34,427 nucleotides of DNA, from positions 1 to 34,427 of the forward strand of contig CALVYE010000003.1 of the NCBI GenBank assembly GCA_944372025.1, read 5' to 3'. A program made the translations under genes and the position numbers. The stretch's first letter is position 1. Every line of letters begins with the position of its first letter. Positions 9,792 through 19,616 of the stretch are shown here, piece after piece. The stretch comes from an uncultured Bacilli bacterium (GTDB lineage: Bacteria > Bacillota_I > Bacilli_A > RF39 > UBA660). The notes beneath the pieces are model-generated. The model saw only the letters and a program-made list of their open reading frames with translations, had not been told where the DNA came from and made no database searches.

Positions 9792-10676
9792 CTAATCTAC
9801 TTTAATATTTAAAATTTCCAAAATTCTGTCTAAATCTCTCGCAGAATCAAAAGATATTTCTATTTTTCTGTCTGTTATTTTAACTTTTGTACCCAATTTA
9901 TCTTTTAAGATTTCTTCTACATATATGTATGGTCGATTCGTTTTCTTTTTCAAAGTACTTATAGGACTTGATTTAGTGTACTTTTCTTCATTTGTTAGTT
10001 CTTCTAGCTGTCTCACACTCAAATCCTCGTCTACTATTTTGTTTGCTAAAATTTCTACTTGTTCAGGATTTTCTAATTTACTAAGAACTCTTGCATGTCC
10101 CATAGAAATCTTTTTGCTATTAATCATTTGTTTAACATTATTTGGTAATCTAAGTAGTCCTAACATATTAGTTACATGACTTCTACTTTTACCTATTCTT
10201 TTGGCAAGCTCATCTTGAGTTATATTTAAAGCATTTATTATATCTCTATATGCTTTAGCTTCTTCAATTGAAGTTAAATCTTCTCTCTGAAGATTTTCTA
10301 ACAGTGCGATTTGCATCATATCTTCATCTGAGAAATCTTTAACAATTGCAGGTATAGTTTCTAATCCAGCCTTAATACTAGCTTTTACTCTTCTTTCTCC
10401 TGCGATAATATCATAACCTTTAATACTTTTTTTAACTATTATTGGTTGAAATACTCCATGTTCTTTAATTGAAGCGGCTAATTCATCTAAAGCTGTTTCA
10501 TCAAAGTAAGTTCTTGGTTGATATGGATTACTTCTAAGTTCTGATAATTTAACCTCAATTATTTCATCTTTAGAAGCATTTTCTAATATTTTGTCTTCAA
10601 CCTGTGAAAAATCTAAAATCTCATTATTGAATAGCTGTTCTAATCCTTTACCTAGTGCTCTACGCTTTTGTTCCAT
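9792..10676 (-). CDS. parB: Chromosome partitioning protein ParB/Spo0J
   Basis: ALGKGL, NPYQPR, IIAGERR (CTPase motif), ENLQREDL, HTH GKSRSHVTNMLGLL. ATG at 10676 preferred over the upstream TTG. Confidence 0.97.
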   Translation of the reverse strand: MEQKRRALGKGLEQLFNNEILDFSQVEDKILENASKDEIIEVKLSELRSNPYQPRTYFDETALDELAASIKEHGVFQPIIVKKSIKGYDIIAGERRVKASIKAGLETIPAIVKDFSDEDMMQIALLENLQREDLTSIEEAKAYRDIINALNITQDELAKRIGKSRSHVTNMLGLLRLPNNVKQMINSKKISMGHARVLSKLENPEQVEILANKIVDEDLSVRQLEELTNEEKYTKSSPISTLKKKTNRPYIYVEEILKDKLGTKVKITDRKIEISFDSARDLDRILEILNIKVD

Positions 10677-11451
10677 TTCTTTCAATGACCTCCTTAGCTA
10701 GATTAATATAGGCTTCAGTTCCTCTACTTTTAGGATCGTAAGCAAGTATCGGTTTACCATGTGAAGGCGCTTCTGTAAGTCTTATTAATCTAGGTATTAT
10801 TGTATCGTATACTCTTTCTTTAAAATAACTCCTAATATCTTCTACTACTTCAAGTCCTAAATTTGTTCTAGAATCTAACATAGTAAGAAGAACACCCTCA
10901 ATATCTAAATTAGGATTTAAGTTGCGTTGTGCTAACATAATACTGTTAAGTAATTGCATAATTCCTTCAAGTGCAAAAAATTCACATTGAACAGGAATAA
11001 TAACTGAATCACTAGCAGTTAAAGCATTTGTTGTTAAAATTCCTAATGAAGGTGGACAATCAATCAAAATAAAATCATAATTATCACGAATATCATTTAA
11101 TTTTGATTTTAATTGTTCCCCTTTAGAAAATCCTGTTTGATAACGGCTTTTTTCAATTAGTTCAATATCTACTCCTGCTAGATTAATTGTTGCAGGTACT
11201 ATATGTAAGTTTTTAAATTTAGTCTTTACAATTACATCTTGCATATTTGATTTTCCAATTAAAACATCGTAGATACTTTTATCTATATCTCCTTTATTTA
11301 TTCCTACTCCAGTTGTTGTATTACCTTGAGGATCTAAATCTATTAGTAACACTTTTTTGCCTAGATAACCTAATGATGCTGATAAATTAATACTCGTCGT
11401 TGTTTTTCCTACTCCACCCTTTTGATTTACCATTGATATAACTTTACCCAT
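10660..11451 (-). CDS. parA: Chromosome partitioning ATPase ParA/Soj
   Basis: NQKGGVGKTT, DLDPQGN, IDCPPSLG, QCEFFALEG, EAPSHG. Confidence 0.98.
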   Translation of the reverse strand: MGKVISMVNQKGGVGKTTTSINLSASLGYLGKKVLLIDLDPQGNTTTGVGINKGDIDKSIYDVLIGKSNMQDVIVKTKFKNLHIVPATINLAGVDIELIEKSRYQTGFSKGEQLKSKLNDIRDNYDFILIDCPPSLGILTTNALTASDSVIIPVQCEFFALEGIMQLLNSIMLAQRNLNPNLDIEGVLLTMLDSRTNLGLEVVEDIRSYFKERVYDTIIPRLIRLTEAPSHGKPILAYDPKSRGTEAYINLAKEVIERNGTKA

Positions 11452-11552
11452 TTAAAACACCTCTTTTGGATTATCCGTATATATATTTTACCAGAAATTC
11501 TATAAATGTTAAATGGTTTTTAAGAGATTTAAAAAAATAATTAAAAGAAGAA

Positions 11553-13526
11553 CTATTTTTTTAGTTCTTCTATGATTTCTTCTTTAGACATTTTTGTGTA
11601 ACCTTTAATTTCATGTTTTTTAGCAAGTTCTTTTAATTCTTCCAAAGTCATGTCTTCAAGTTTTTCCTCAGATTTATCAGCTTCATCTTCAGGCATTTTT
11701 CCGTTTTTAACTAAGTAATCAATTTGTTCTTTAGTTAATGTTTCGTGTTCTAATAAAGATTGTGCGATTAAATCTAGTAAATCTCTATTTTCTTTAATTA
11801 TTTTTTTAGTTACTTCATAACATTCATTTATTATTTTACGTTGTTCTTGGTCTATTTCAAATGCAACTTGACTTGAAAAATTACGACTTTTAGTATAATC
11901 TCTACCTAAAAATACATTGCCTGATTCTCTTTGTTCAAATTGTACAGGTCCTAAATCACTCATACCATACTCAGTTACCATAGCACGTGCAATTTTTGTT
12001 GCTTTTTCAAAGTCATTATGTGCACCTGTAGTTATTTCATTAAATACGGTTTCTTCTGCAACTCTACCTGCAAGTAATCCGCTAATTGTATGCAATAATT
12101 CATTTTTAGTTTGTAGGTAGGTTTCTTCTTTTGGAAGCATTAAGTTATATCCACCAGCTGCACCTCTTGGAACGATTGTAATTTTTTGAACTTCATTTGC
12201 TCCATCTAATTTTAAACCTAAAACTGCATGACCAGCTTCATGATATGCTACAACTTTCTTTTCTTTATCTGTATATTTTTTAGATTTTTTAGCAGGTCCC
12301 ATAAGAACTCTATCATGAGCTTCATCGATTTCAGCCATAGTTATAACATTTTTATTTCTTCTAACTGCAAGTAAAGCTGCTTCATTTAGAAGATTTTCCA
12401 AATCAGCCCCACTGAAACCTACAGTTCTTTTAGCAATATTTGATAACTTAACATTTTTAGCAAACGTTTTGTTTTGTGCATGTACTTCAAGAATTTCTTC
12501 TCTACCCTTTACATCAGGAAGATTAACCGTAACTTGTCTATCAAATCTACCTGGTCTTAAAAGTGCAGGATCCAATACATCAGGTCTATTTGTAGCTGCA
12601 ATAATAATTATACCTTCGTTTTCTCCAAATCCATCCATTTCAGTTAACAATTGATTTAAGGTTTGTTCTCTTTCATCATGACCACCGCCAAGACCTGCAC
12701 CTCTTTGACGACCAACTGCATCAATTTCATCTATAAATATTAGACATGGTGCATTTTGTTTTGCTTGTTTAAACATATCTCTAACACGGCTAGCACCAAC
12801 ACCAACAAACAATTCAACAAAGTCTGAACCACTTATGTAATAGAATGGCACGTTAGCTTCTCCTGCAACAGCTCTTGCAAGTAAAGTTTTACCTGTACCA
12901 GGAGGACCCACTAACAATACTCCCTTAGGTATTCTAGCACCTAGTCTTTGGAATTTTTTTGGATTTTTCAGAAAATCAATTAACTCTTTTACTTCTTCTT
13001 TTTCTTCTTTTAAGCCTGCAACTTTATCAAATTTAATTTTTTTACTATCTTCATTTAATTTTGCTCTACTTCTACCAAAGTCCATTGATTTATTAGCGCC
13101 GCCCAATTGACGTGTAAAAATAAAGAATGTTGCTCCTATCAATAATAACATTGGAAATAGGTTAATAAATACTACCCAAAATGAATTTGAAGATGGATCA
13201 GTTTGAGTAACAATTGTAAAATCATACTCATCATTAGCTTCAATTATTTTTGCAATTACTTCATCAGATAGTGGAACTCTAACAAAGAAACTTTCATTTT
13301 CATTATAACCCTTTAATTTACCAGTTAATTCATATACCCTAGCATTTGTTTTAGGGGTAATATTCATTTCATCGATTTTCCCTTTATCAAGTTCAGTAAT
13401 AAACTCATTATAAGTTAAAACATTTACTTTATTATTCATACTACTAACAAAATATAAAATTGTTAGTATAAGAATAAATAAAAATAAATATGGTAATAAG
13501 CTTTTTTTAATACTATTTTTCTTCAT
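11553..13526 (-). CDS. ftsH: ATP-dependent Zn metalloprotease FtsH with extra C-terminal Rho_N-like domain
   Basis: Two TM segments, Walker A GPPGTGKT, Walker [26 protein letters not shown]. The last 35 aa resemble Rho_N. Confidence 0.98.
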   Translation of the reverse strand: MKKNSIKKSLLPYLFLFILILTILYFVSSMNNKVNVLTYNEFITELDKGKIDEMNITPKTNARVYELTGKLKGYNENESFFVRVPLSDEVIAKIIEANDEYDFTIVTQTDPSSNSFWVVFINLFPMLLLIGATFFIFTRQLGGANKSMDFGRSRAKLNEDSKKIKFDKVAGLKEEKEEVKELIDFLKNPKKFQRLGARIPKGVLLVGPPGTGKTLLARAVAGEANVPFYYISGSDFVELFVGVGASRVRDMFKQAKQNAPCLIFIDEIDAVGRQRGAGLGGGHDEREQTLNQLLTEMDGFGENEGIIIIAATNRPDVLDPALLRPGRFDRQVTVNLPDVKGREEILEVHAQNKTFAKNVKLSNIAKRTVGFSGADLENLLNEAALLAVRRNKNVITMAEIDEAHDRVLMGPAKKSKKYTDKEKKVVAYHEAGHAVLGLKLDGANEVQKITIVPRGAAGGYNLMLPKEETYLQTKNELLHTISGLLAGRVAEETVFNEITTGAHNDFEKATKIARAMVTEYGMSDLGPVQFEQRESGNVFLGRDYTKSRNFSSQVAFEIDQEQRKIINECYEVTKKIIKENRDLLDLIAQSLLEHETLTKEQIDYLVKNGKMPEDEADKSEEKLEDMTLEELKELAKKHEIKGYTKMSKEEIIEELKK

Positions 13527-14868
13527 GTTTTTCCTCCTTTTTTAATTTATACCTAACTATTATATCATACTTTTCTTGTTTTGATTTATCATATTTAGAC
13601 TTTTTTATTCCAGGTATCCAAAGTATCTTTGAATTAGCATCTACTAATAGTGGATATTTTTCTCTTTTAGACTTTGGAATCTTTGAATTTATAAAAATAT
13701 CTTTAACCTTTTGAGTGCCATTTAACCCCTTTACAGATATTTTATCGCCTTGTTTTTTAGTTCTAATATATAAGGGAAGGTTTATTTCTTCACTATTTAA
13801 TCTTATACAATAATTTGAAGTATCATCACTATTTTTAACTATTTCTATTATTTTGTTATTTTCCAAAATCAGTTTATCATTTAATTCTTTATATAAAGGT
13901 TTAAATTTATTTTTAACTTTGTTCACTTTTAAAATATCATACTCTTTTATGATTATTATATCGTGTGGTAAACTAATTGAAGAATTAGATTTTGATGAAT
14001 TACACAAATCTATTATGTTTTGGACATGCTTCTTTTTAATTAAATATAAACTATTCATATATATATTAGCTAAAAATCTTTCTATAAGCTTTTCTTTTAA
14101 TAAAATATCTAAAGAGTTAAATTTACTAATGATAATTTCATTATTCTTTATAATGTTAGAATATATATTTTCAACTTCTTTATTAATATAATTTTCATAT
14201 CTTAACAATTCATTATTAAATTCTAAATATTTTTTATGAATATTTTTGTCCTCTTTTTTTAAAAAGGGTAATATATATTTTCTATATCTATTTCTTGTAT
14301 AGCAATCTTTTTCATTTGACTTATCTACGACAAAAGGAATATTATTTTTTATCGCATATTCTTTTATTTCATCTTTTGTCAAAAAAACTAGAGGTCTTAA
14401 AATTTTATAACCATCCTTTTTAGAGACTATAGAAAAACCACTATAACCTTTTAAATTAGAACCACGAGTAATTCTCATTAAAACAGTTTCAATTAAATCA
14501 TCCCCGTGATGTGCGGTTAACAAATAGTTAGAATTGTATTTTTTAACAACATTATCGAAAAATTCATATCTAATATTTCGAGCTTGATTATGAAAATTAT
14601 TGTTGTTGTATTCTAAAATTTTCATGTATTCAAAGATAATATTATTTTTTAAACAATATTGTTCTAAAAAAATTTTTTCTTCTTCGCTTTCTTTTCTAAC
14701 ATTATGATTTACATGAGCACATATAATTTTAAATATATATTTACTTCTCATATCCATCAAAACATTTAGCAACACCATAGAATCTGGACCGCCTGAAACG
14801 GCGACCACAATATTAGGTTTTAAAGAAAAATCAATATTATTTTCCAAAAAATCATATACTTCTTTCAT
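13513..14868 (-). CDS. tilS: tRNA(Ile)-lysidine synthetase
   Basis: VAVSGGPDS, AHVNH, ARNIRY, TAHHGDD, D.SN...RNRYR; C-terminal domains present. Overlaps the ftsH start. Confidence 0.97.
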   Translation of the reverse strand: MKEVYDFLENNIDFSLKPNIVVAVSGGPDSMVLLNVLMDMRSKYIFKIICAHVNHNVRKESEEEKIFLEQYCLKNNIIFEYMKILEYNNNNFHNQARNIRYEFFDNVVKKYNSNYLLTAHHGDDLIETVLMRITRGSNLKGYSGFSIVSKKDGYKILRPLVFLTKDEIKEYAIKNNIPFVVDKSNEKDCYTRNRYRKYILPFLKKEDKNIHKKYLEFNNELLRYENYINKEVENIYSNIIKNNEIIISKFNSLDILLKEKLIERFLANIYMNSLYLIKKKHVQNIIDLCNSSKSNSSISLPHDIIIIKEYDILKVNKVKNKFKPLYKELNDKLILENNKIIEIVKNSDDTSNYCIRLNSEEINLPLYIRTKKQGDKISVKGLNGTQKVKDIFINSKIPKSKREKYPLLVDANSKILWIPGIKKSKYDKSKQEKYDIIVRYKLKKEEKHEEK

Positions 14869-15287
14869 TGTACACCTCTTTTATCTTTAAAAATAGATAA
14901 ATCTATAATTAACATTGTACACAAAATTAAATAAATAATAAATGAATTTAAAACTCTTGTAAAATTGTATACCATGGGTTCAAATATATTTATTAAAACT
15001 AAATATACAAAAAATGTCAACAAAAAAATCTTAGATTTCATTTTTTTATTTTTAAATAACAATAATGTTAATAATTCAAATAAAATAAAAAATAATGAAT
15101 TTTTTAAGAGTAGCTCTTTATTTAAAAACAAATATAATATTGAACTATAACAAAAAATATTATATCTTTTATTAAAATAATGAAAATATAAAAAATATAA
15201 TAATAAGGATTCATTGTATATTGTAATTTTAAGGGACAGTAAAGTTATTATTAATATTAAAAATTTCTTTAATTTTTGTAAATGCAT
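14865..15287 (-). CDS. Hypothetical multi-pass membrane protein (spoIIE syntenic position)
   Basis: RBS AGGTGA; 140 aa with about 5-6 hydrophobic stretches; ATGA overlap with tilS; no recognisable motif. Confidence 0.6.
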   Translation of the reverse strand: MHLQKLKKFLILIITLLSLKITIYNESLLLYFLYFHYFNKRYNIFCYSSILYLFLNKELLLKNSLFFILFELLTLLLFKNKKMKSKIFLLTFFVYLVLINIFEPMVYNFTRVLNSFIIYLILCTMLIIDLSIFKDKRGVQ

Positions 15288-15305
15288 ATAATCACCTGCA
15301 TTGAC

Positions 15306-15338
15306 ATTTTACATATTAATATATAACTTTTTTGTCAT
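15306..15338 (-). promoter_or_regulatory. Candidate sigA promoter with 21-bp spacer
   Basis: ATGACA (15338-15333)-N21-TAAAAT (15311-15306), with 0A-box-like TGACAAA and TGTCAAT overlapping the two elements. Confidence 0.35.
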
Positions 15339-15370
15339 AATAAAAAATATAATAAAAATTTATTATATTT

Positions 15371-15676
15371 TTATGGCATCTTTATTATAAATTCCCCATC
15401 TTTTGAATATAAGTACTTTTCTCTAGCATATCGTGCGATATATTCAGGGTCCTGCAATCTTTCAACTTCTCCTGATAGTTTTTCTTCTTCATCATCAAGC
15501 TTAGCCATTTTTTGAGTTAACTCTTTTTTTTCATTATATATTTGATAAATTTCTAAAAAATTAAGCGAAAAAACATAAGTTATTGTAACAATTAAGCAAA
15601 GTGATAGCATAGTAAAAAATATCGTCTTTTTTTTAGAAGATTTATTTTTTCTTTTGACATTTTTACTTTTCTTCAA
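15371..15676 (-). CDS. divIC: Septum formation initiator DivIC/FtsB
   Basis: Basic N-terminus, one TM, coiled coil, L.DPEYIARYAREKY..SKDGE. Follows yabQ. TTG start (15676) fits RBS GAGGTG. Confidence 0.92.
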   Translation of the reverse strand: MKKSKNVKRKNKSSKKKTIFFTMLSLCLIVTITYVFSLNFLEIYQIYNEKKELTQKMAKLDDEEEKLSGEVERLQDPEYIARYAREKYLYSKDGEFIIKMP

Positions 15677-15700
15677 ACCTATCACCTCTTATTATAGATA

Positions 15701-15728
15701 ATTATACCACTAAAACAAGAAATGTAAA
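15701..15728 (-). promoter_or_regulatory. sigA promoter for divIC
   Basis: TTTACA-N16-TATAAT with an extended TG. Confidence 0.6.
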
Positions 15729-15765
15729 CTGTTAAATTTAGCCAAATGTCAACAATAATGTAAAT

Positions 15766-16056
15766 TTATTTCTTAAATTTTTTAAAAATAATATCCCATA
15801 TTTTTAATTTGTAACTAACAAAATATCCTAAAATTATCGATAGAATAAAATATAAATGAATTATTCCGTTATTTATTTTTTTAATAATTATAAAGAATAT
15901 TAAGCAAGAAACTATTGAAACTAAAAAAGCACTAATTAAGTTTTCATACTTTTTGTTAGAATATAAAAATTTAGAACAGGCTTTCACAATAAAATAAAAA
16001 CAAACTCCAAAGAAAAAAGAAAAAGCAAGTGATTTTAATTGAACAATTAAATTCAT
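15766..16056 (-). CDS. yabQ: Spore cortex protein YabQ-like (N-terminal membrane domain only)
   Basis: MNL..QL..., three TMs, INNGIIHLYFIL...LG; lies between yabP and divIC. Confidence 0.75.
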   Translation of the reverse strand: MNLIVQLKSLAFSFFFGVCFYFIVKACSKFLYSNKKYENLISAFLVSIVSCLIFFIIIKKINNGIIHLYFILSIILGYFVSYKLKIWDIIFKKFKK

Positions 16057-16349
16057 TATTTAAAAAGTCTATTAAATATTCCGTCTTCTTTTTCTTTGGT
16101 TTTATTATCATCAATATAACTAAGAGAATTTATTTTTCCTTTTATCGATACACTCCCCTGATAAGTATCTAATTTTATTATTTCTAATTGTTCTCCTTTA
16201 ACTACTAAAAATCCCATTAAGGTTTCAATTAAAAATTCTTCATTATCAAAACTTTCTATTTTTTTTACACCAGATATTACAATATTTTTTCTTTCATTTA
16301 GTGAAATAGTATGAGTTAATATAGTTTCTAATTCCTGTATCTTGTCCAT
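16056..16349 (-). CDS. yabP: Sporulation protein YabP
   Basis: HTISLNERK...ISGVKKIESFD.EE..IET.MG.L.VKG..L, ending FNRLFK. Start MDKIQ (16349) after AAGGAG. Confidence 0.93.
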   Translation of the reverse strand: MDKIQELETILTHTISLNERKNIVISGVKKIESFDNEEFLIETLMGFLVVKGEQLEIIKLDTYQGSVSIKGKINSLSYIDDNKTKEKEDGIFNRLFK

Positions 16350-16370
16350 TATAATCTCTCCTTCTAGTAA

Positions 16371-16398
16371 ATTATATGAACAAGTTATTATTTTATTC
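16371..16398 (-). promoter_or_regulatory. sigE-like promoter of yabPQ
   Basis: GAATA-N15-CATATAAT; yabPQ is sigE-controlled in B. subtilis. Confidence 0.65.
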
Positions 16399-16569
16399 AA
16401 ATAAAATCTTAATCATTTTTATATTTTATTAAAGGATATAGTTCCCATAATGATTTCTAGCATATTACCTATAATTTCAATATATACACAAACATTATAG
16501 TTATAAAATTCATAGAAATGATCTTGTTAAAATGTATATGTATTAAAAAGTATTATTAATATGAAAATT

Positions 16570-16593
16570 AAAAAAACTCTATAATAGAGTTTT
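16570..16593 (-). terminator. Terminator after spoVG
   Basis: AAAACTCTAT..TAGAGTTTT hairpin with a T7 tail on the minus strand. Confidence 0.75.
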
Positions 16594-16870
16594 ATTCAGT
16601 AGCTTCTTCACTTGCATCTTCTTTATTGTATTCTTCTAAAATTGCGTCTTCAAACATTTTACGAACTTCTGGATTAATTGGATGTGCTATATCTCTATAT
16701 CCACCAGTAGGTGTTTTTCTACTTGGCATTGCGATAAATAAACCATTATCTCCTTCAATTATTCTAATGTCATGAACAGCAAAGCTATCATCTAATAATA
16801 CAGATGCAATCCCTTTCATACGTGAATTTTCTTTTTCAATTTTACGTACAGTAACAGATGTGATTTTCAA
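16592..16870 (-). CDS. spoVG: Septation regulator / RNA-binding protein SpoVG
   Basis: VHDIRIIEGDNGLFIAMPSRK...YRDIAHPIN; TTG start; upstream TTGCTT-N17-TATAAT. Confidence 0.97.
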   Translation of the reverse strand: MKITSVTVRKIEKENSRMKGIASVLLDDSFAVHDIRIIEGDNGLFIAMPSRKTPTGGYRDIAHPINPEVRKMFEDAILEEYNKEDASEEATE

Positions 16871-16987
16871 GTTAAATCCTCTCCTTCCAAAGCATTACGC
16901 TTCATACCTAAATTATATATTAGTAAAATTAAAAAAGCAATTGTTTTTTGTAAAAAAAGTGTTAAATATTGCTAAAAAATCCCAAAT

Positions 16988-17200
16988 TTAGTCGAAATGT
17001 AGCTCTACTGTATGAGTAAGAACATCAGAATATGTAAAAGATTTATTTTCGGTATCAGTTTCTACAACAAAAATAAAATTATAAGATTCTTTAATAATTG
17101 CATCAAATTCTTCTATTTTGTTTCTTCCAGTGTTAAATACGATCCTAACTTTATTCCCCAAATTTTCATTTATATTCTCTTTTATTTTTTGTATTGTCAT
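16988..17200 (-). CDS. veg: Veg family protein
   Basis: IKENI...LG..V....GRNK......Y..IFVV......SFTYSDVLT; directly after yabG. Confidence 0.92.
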   Translation of the reverse strand: MTIQKIKENINENLGNKVRIVFNTGRNKIEEFDAIIKESYNFIFVVETDTENKSFTYSDVLTHTVELHFD

Positions 17201-17208
17201 ATTTTCTC

Positions 17209-18000
17209 CTATCTAGGATACCCAACATACATAGTACCTTTTGTTTTTATACCACCTATCCCGTCTGGTCCATATTTTGTTTTAGATAGAATACCTATTA
17301 AATCAATATCTTCGCTTTTATCAGATAATCCTATTGTAGATGCAATAATAGCTGGATCTAAAGCGTGAATATTGATTCTTTTTGGACTTGATGCAAAATT
17401 AGCTCCTGCTCTAATTAATTCCTCGTAATTTGATTGACATGCCCCAGCAATTATAATTAATTTATCTTGAGCTTTTTCATATTTTCTAGCCTCTTTAATC
17501 GCTTTAATAAAATTACTACTATTTCTATAAGAATTACTATCGCTTTTTTCACCTTTTTTTCGATAAAAAGCATCATGTCCTGTAATAACTACAATATCTG
17601 GATTTGTATCCTCCAGATATTTTTTTATATTACTTGCTATATCATCTTCTTTTGAATAAACACCATATGCTAAAATATTAGAATTTTTATAAAAGTTAAG
17701 ACATCTTTCTAAATAATCTTTATCTCCATCTATATGAAGTATTTTTCCTGGAAGATAAAAATATTCATTACGATTAAAAGTTTCACTAATTTTTATATTT
17801 TTAAATTTTCTGTCATCTTTCTCAATTAGTTCTTTTTCTTCCGTATTAGATAATACTAAGTCATCAACATCACTATCAGCATATAATCTTATATTTACTC
17901 CTTTTAAAAATACTGTATCTTCTTCAATATTAATTATTTTAAAAACCGTATCATTATTATGAGATTTTCTGGTGACTAAATCTCCAATTTTAAAATTCAT
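17209..18000 (-). CDS. yabG: Sporulation cysteine peptidase YabG
   Basis: GDLVTRKSH, RLYAD, PGKILHIDGD..YL..C, ITGHD (His), AGACQS (Cys), GANFASSP, HALDP. Start MNFKI (18000). Confidence 0.96.
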   Translation of the reverse strand: MNFKIGDLVTRKSHNNDTVFKIINIEEDTVFLKGVNIRLYADSDVDDLVLSNTEEKELIEKDDRKFKNIKISETFNRNEYFYLPGKILHIDGDKDYLERCLNFYKNSNILAYGVYSKEDDIASNIKKYLEDTNPDIVVITGHDAFYRKKGEKSDSNSYRNSSNFIKAIKEARKYEKAQDKLIIIAGACQSNYEELIRAGANFASSPKRINIHALDPAIIASTIGLSDKSEDIDLIGILSKTKYGPDGIGGIKTKGTMYVGYPR

Positions 18001-18016
18001 CTTTATCACCCATCTA

Positions 18017-18045
18017 ATTATATGAGTAGTAAAGATGAATTATTA
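18017..18045 (-). promoter_or_regulatory. Mother-cell (sigE/sigK-like) promoter of yabG
   Basis: TAATA-N16-CATATAAT; the -10 is identical to that upstream of yabP. Confidence 0.55.
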
Positions 18046-18828
18046 TAGATTATTAGATATATCTGCAAAAATTTCTATTGATATTGCTTCTGCTCTTGCT
18101 GATAAATTCATATTATACTTATTTAAAATTTCTTCTATTTTTTCAAGATCATAACTTTTCAAATTATTTTTTAAAGTTTTTCTCTTATACTTAAAAGAAT
18201 CTTTTATTAATTTAAAAAACTTTTCTTCATTTTTGACATTAACTAATGGTTTTTCTCTTTTTGCTAACAATATTACTGCACTATCTACATTTGGTTTAGG
18301 ATAAAAAACATTTCGACTAACATTAAACAACTTTTTTATTTCAAAATAGTAATTCATAAATACTGTAAGAGAATTATAATCTTTTGTAGATTTTGATGCT
18401 GAAAGTCTATCCGCTACTTCTTTTTGAACCATAAATAAGCATTTATTTACAGGTATTTTATCGACTATTATTTTATTAATTATAGGTGTAGTTATATAAT
18501 ATGGTAGATTAGCGATAATATATAAATTATCATAGCTAAAATTTAAATAACTTTTAACATCTTGATCTAAGAAATCTCCATATATAACTTTTACTCCTGT
18601 TTCTTCAAATTTATTTAAATAAATTTCTAATTGTTTATCTATTTCAAAACAAATAATTTTTTTAGTTTTATTTAGAAGTTTATTAGTAAGTGCTCCTGCA
18701 CCAGGGCCTATTTCAATAACTAAATCATTTTCTGTAATATCTATAGTATTTACAATATTATTTAATATATTGTCATCCTTTAAAAAATTTTGTCCATATC
18801 TTTTTTTAAAATTAAAATCTTTGTCCAT
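18043..18828 (-). CDS. rsmA: 16S rRNA m6,2A dimethyltransferase KsgA
   Basis: KKRYGQNFL, EIGPGAGALT, ANLPYYITTP, MVQKEVA.R, F.PKPNVDS. Confidence 0.97.
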   Translation of the reverse strand: MDKDFNFKKRYGQNFLKDDNILNNIVNTIDITENDLVIEIGPGAGALTNKLLNKTKKIICFEIDKQLEIYLNKFEETGVKVIYGDFLDQDVKSYLNFSYDNLYIIANLPYYITTPIINKIIVDKIPVNKCLFMVQKEVADRLSASKSTKDYNSLTVFMNYYFEIKKLFNVSRNVFYPKPNVDSAVILLAKREKPLVNVKNEEKFFKLIKDSFKYKRKTLKNNLKSYDLEKIEEILNKYNMNLSARAEAISIEIFADISNNL

Positions 18829-18885
18829 AATAAACCTCTTTTCACTTACAATAAAATTATATATTAATAACTACTAATTTTCAAC

Positions 18886-18911
18886 AAAAAAACAAGCTAG
18901 ATGCTTGTTTT
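18886..18911 (-). terminator. Terminator after the G5/3D gene
   Basis: AAAACAAGC-ATCTA-GCTTGTTTTTTT on the minus strand. Confidence 0.8.
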
Positions 18912-19562
18912 CTACCAACCTAACCTAACTACATCAACTGTTATATTTTTTTGTGTCGTTTCATTAGGTACACTTTTTTCACTTTCAAAAAGTAAATCTA
19001 TTTTATTCCCTTTAATAGCGCTTCCTCTATCTAATACGATAGCCAAAGTTGGTTCACTTAAAACTTTGCTATTTGAAATTCTAAATATTGTTCCGAATGG
19101 ATATTTTCTATCTGCAGCGATAATTCTTAATTTTCCATATTTAGAATCATTATAATAAATATTCCCGTTTTTCACATTTTGTCCAGCAGAAACTATACCA
19201 CTACATCCTTTACAATCAGGACCATAGCCAGTTATCGAACCAATAAAAGTATCAATAAATTTTTCTCCTACTTGTATAATTTCCGTTTGGGGTTTTTGAA
19301 CTTCGATTTTAACTCCATTATATTCAACAGTTAAACCATCCATACCCGTTTGAACTACTTTTCTTTCCATAAAATATAAATTATGATTTATCTCTTCTAT
19401 AGTTTCATGTGGCACTACATTATGTATTATGTCATCATTATATTCGGTTTCTAATGAATTAACTTTTTCAACTTTACTTGTTAGTGCAGCATAAATTGTG
19501 AATACTCCAATAGCTGAAAGTTTTATAGCAGTTCCAAATTTCTTTGGGAGCTCAATTTTCAT
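18912..19562 (-). CDS. G5 + 3D domain cell-wall protein (YabE/Sps-like)
   Basis: N-terminal TM or signal peptide, shortened G5-like segment (VVQTGMDG...P..EIIQVG), 3D domain TGY, IAAD, PFGT, LDRGSAIKGNKIDL. Lies between tatD and rsmA like yabE. Confidence 0.85.
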   Translation of the reverse strand: MKIELPKKFGTAIKLSAIGVFTIYAALTSKVEKVNSLETEYNDDIIHNVVPHETIEEINHNLYFMERKVVQTGMDGLTVEYNGVKIEVQKPQTEIIQVGEKFIDTFIGSITGYGPDCKGCSGIVSAGQNVKNGNIYYNDSKYGKLRIIAADRKYPFGTIFRISNSKVLSEPTLAIVLDRGSAIKGNKIDLLFESEKSVPNETTQKNITVDVVRLGW

Positions 19563-19587
19563 TCTTTCACCTCTTAAAACGGGTCTT

Positions 19588-19616
19588 ATTCTAACATATG
19601 CTTATTTAAAAGTCAA
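19588..19616 (-). promoter_or_regulatory. Strong sigA promoter for the G5/3D gene
   Basis: TTGACT-N17-TAGAAT with an extended TG. Confidence 0.75.

Noticed and set aside
16401-16569. Possible small gene or ncRNA between spoVG and yabP
   Set aside because: Only very short ORFs (about 14-16 codons) and imperfect AT-rich inverted repeats; nothing supportable.
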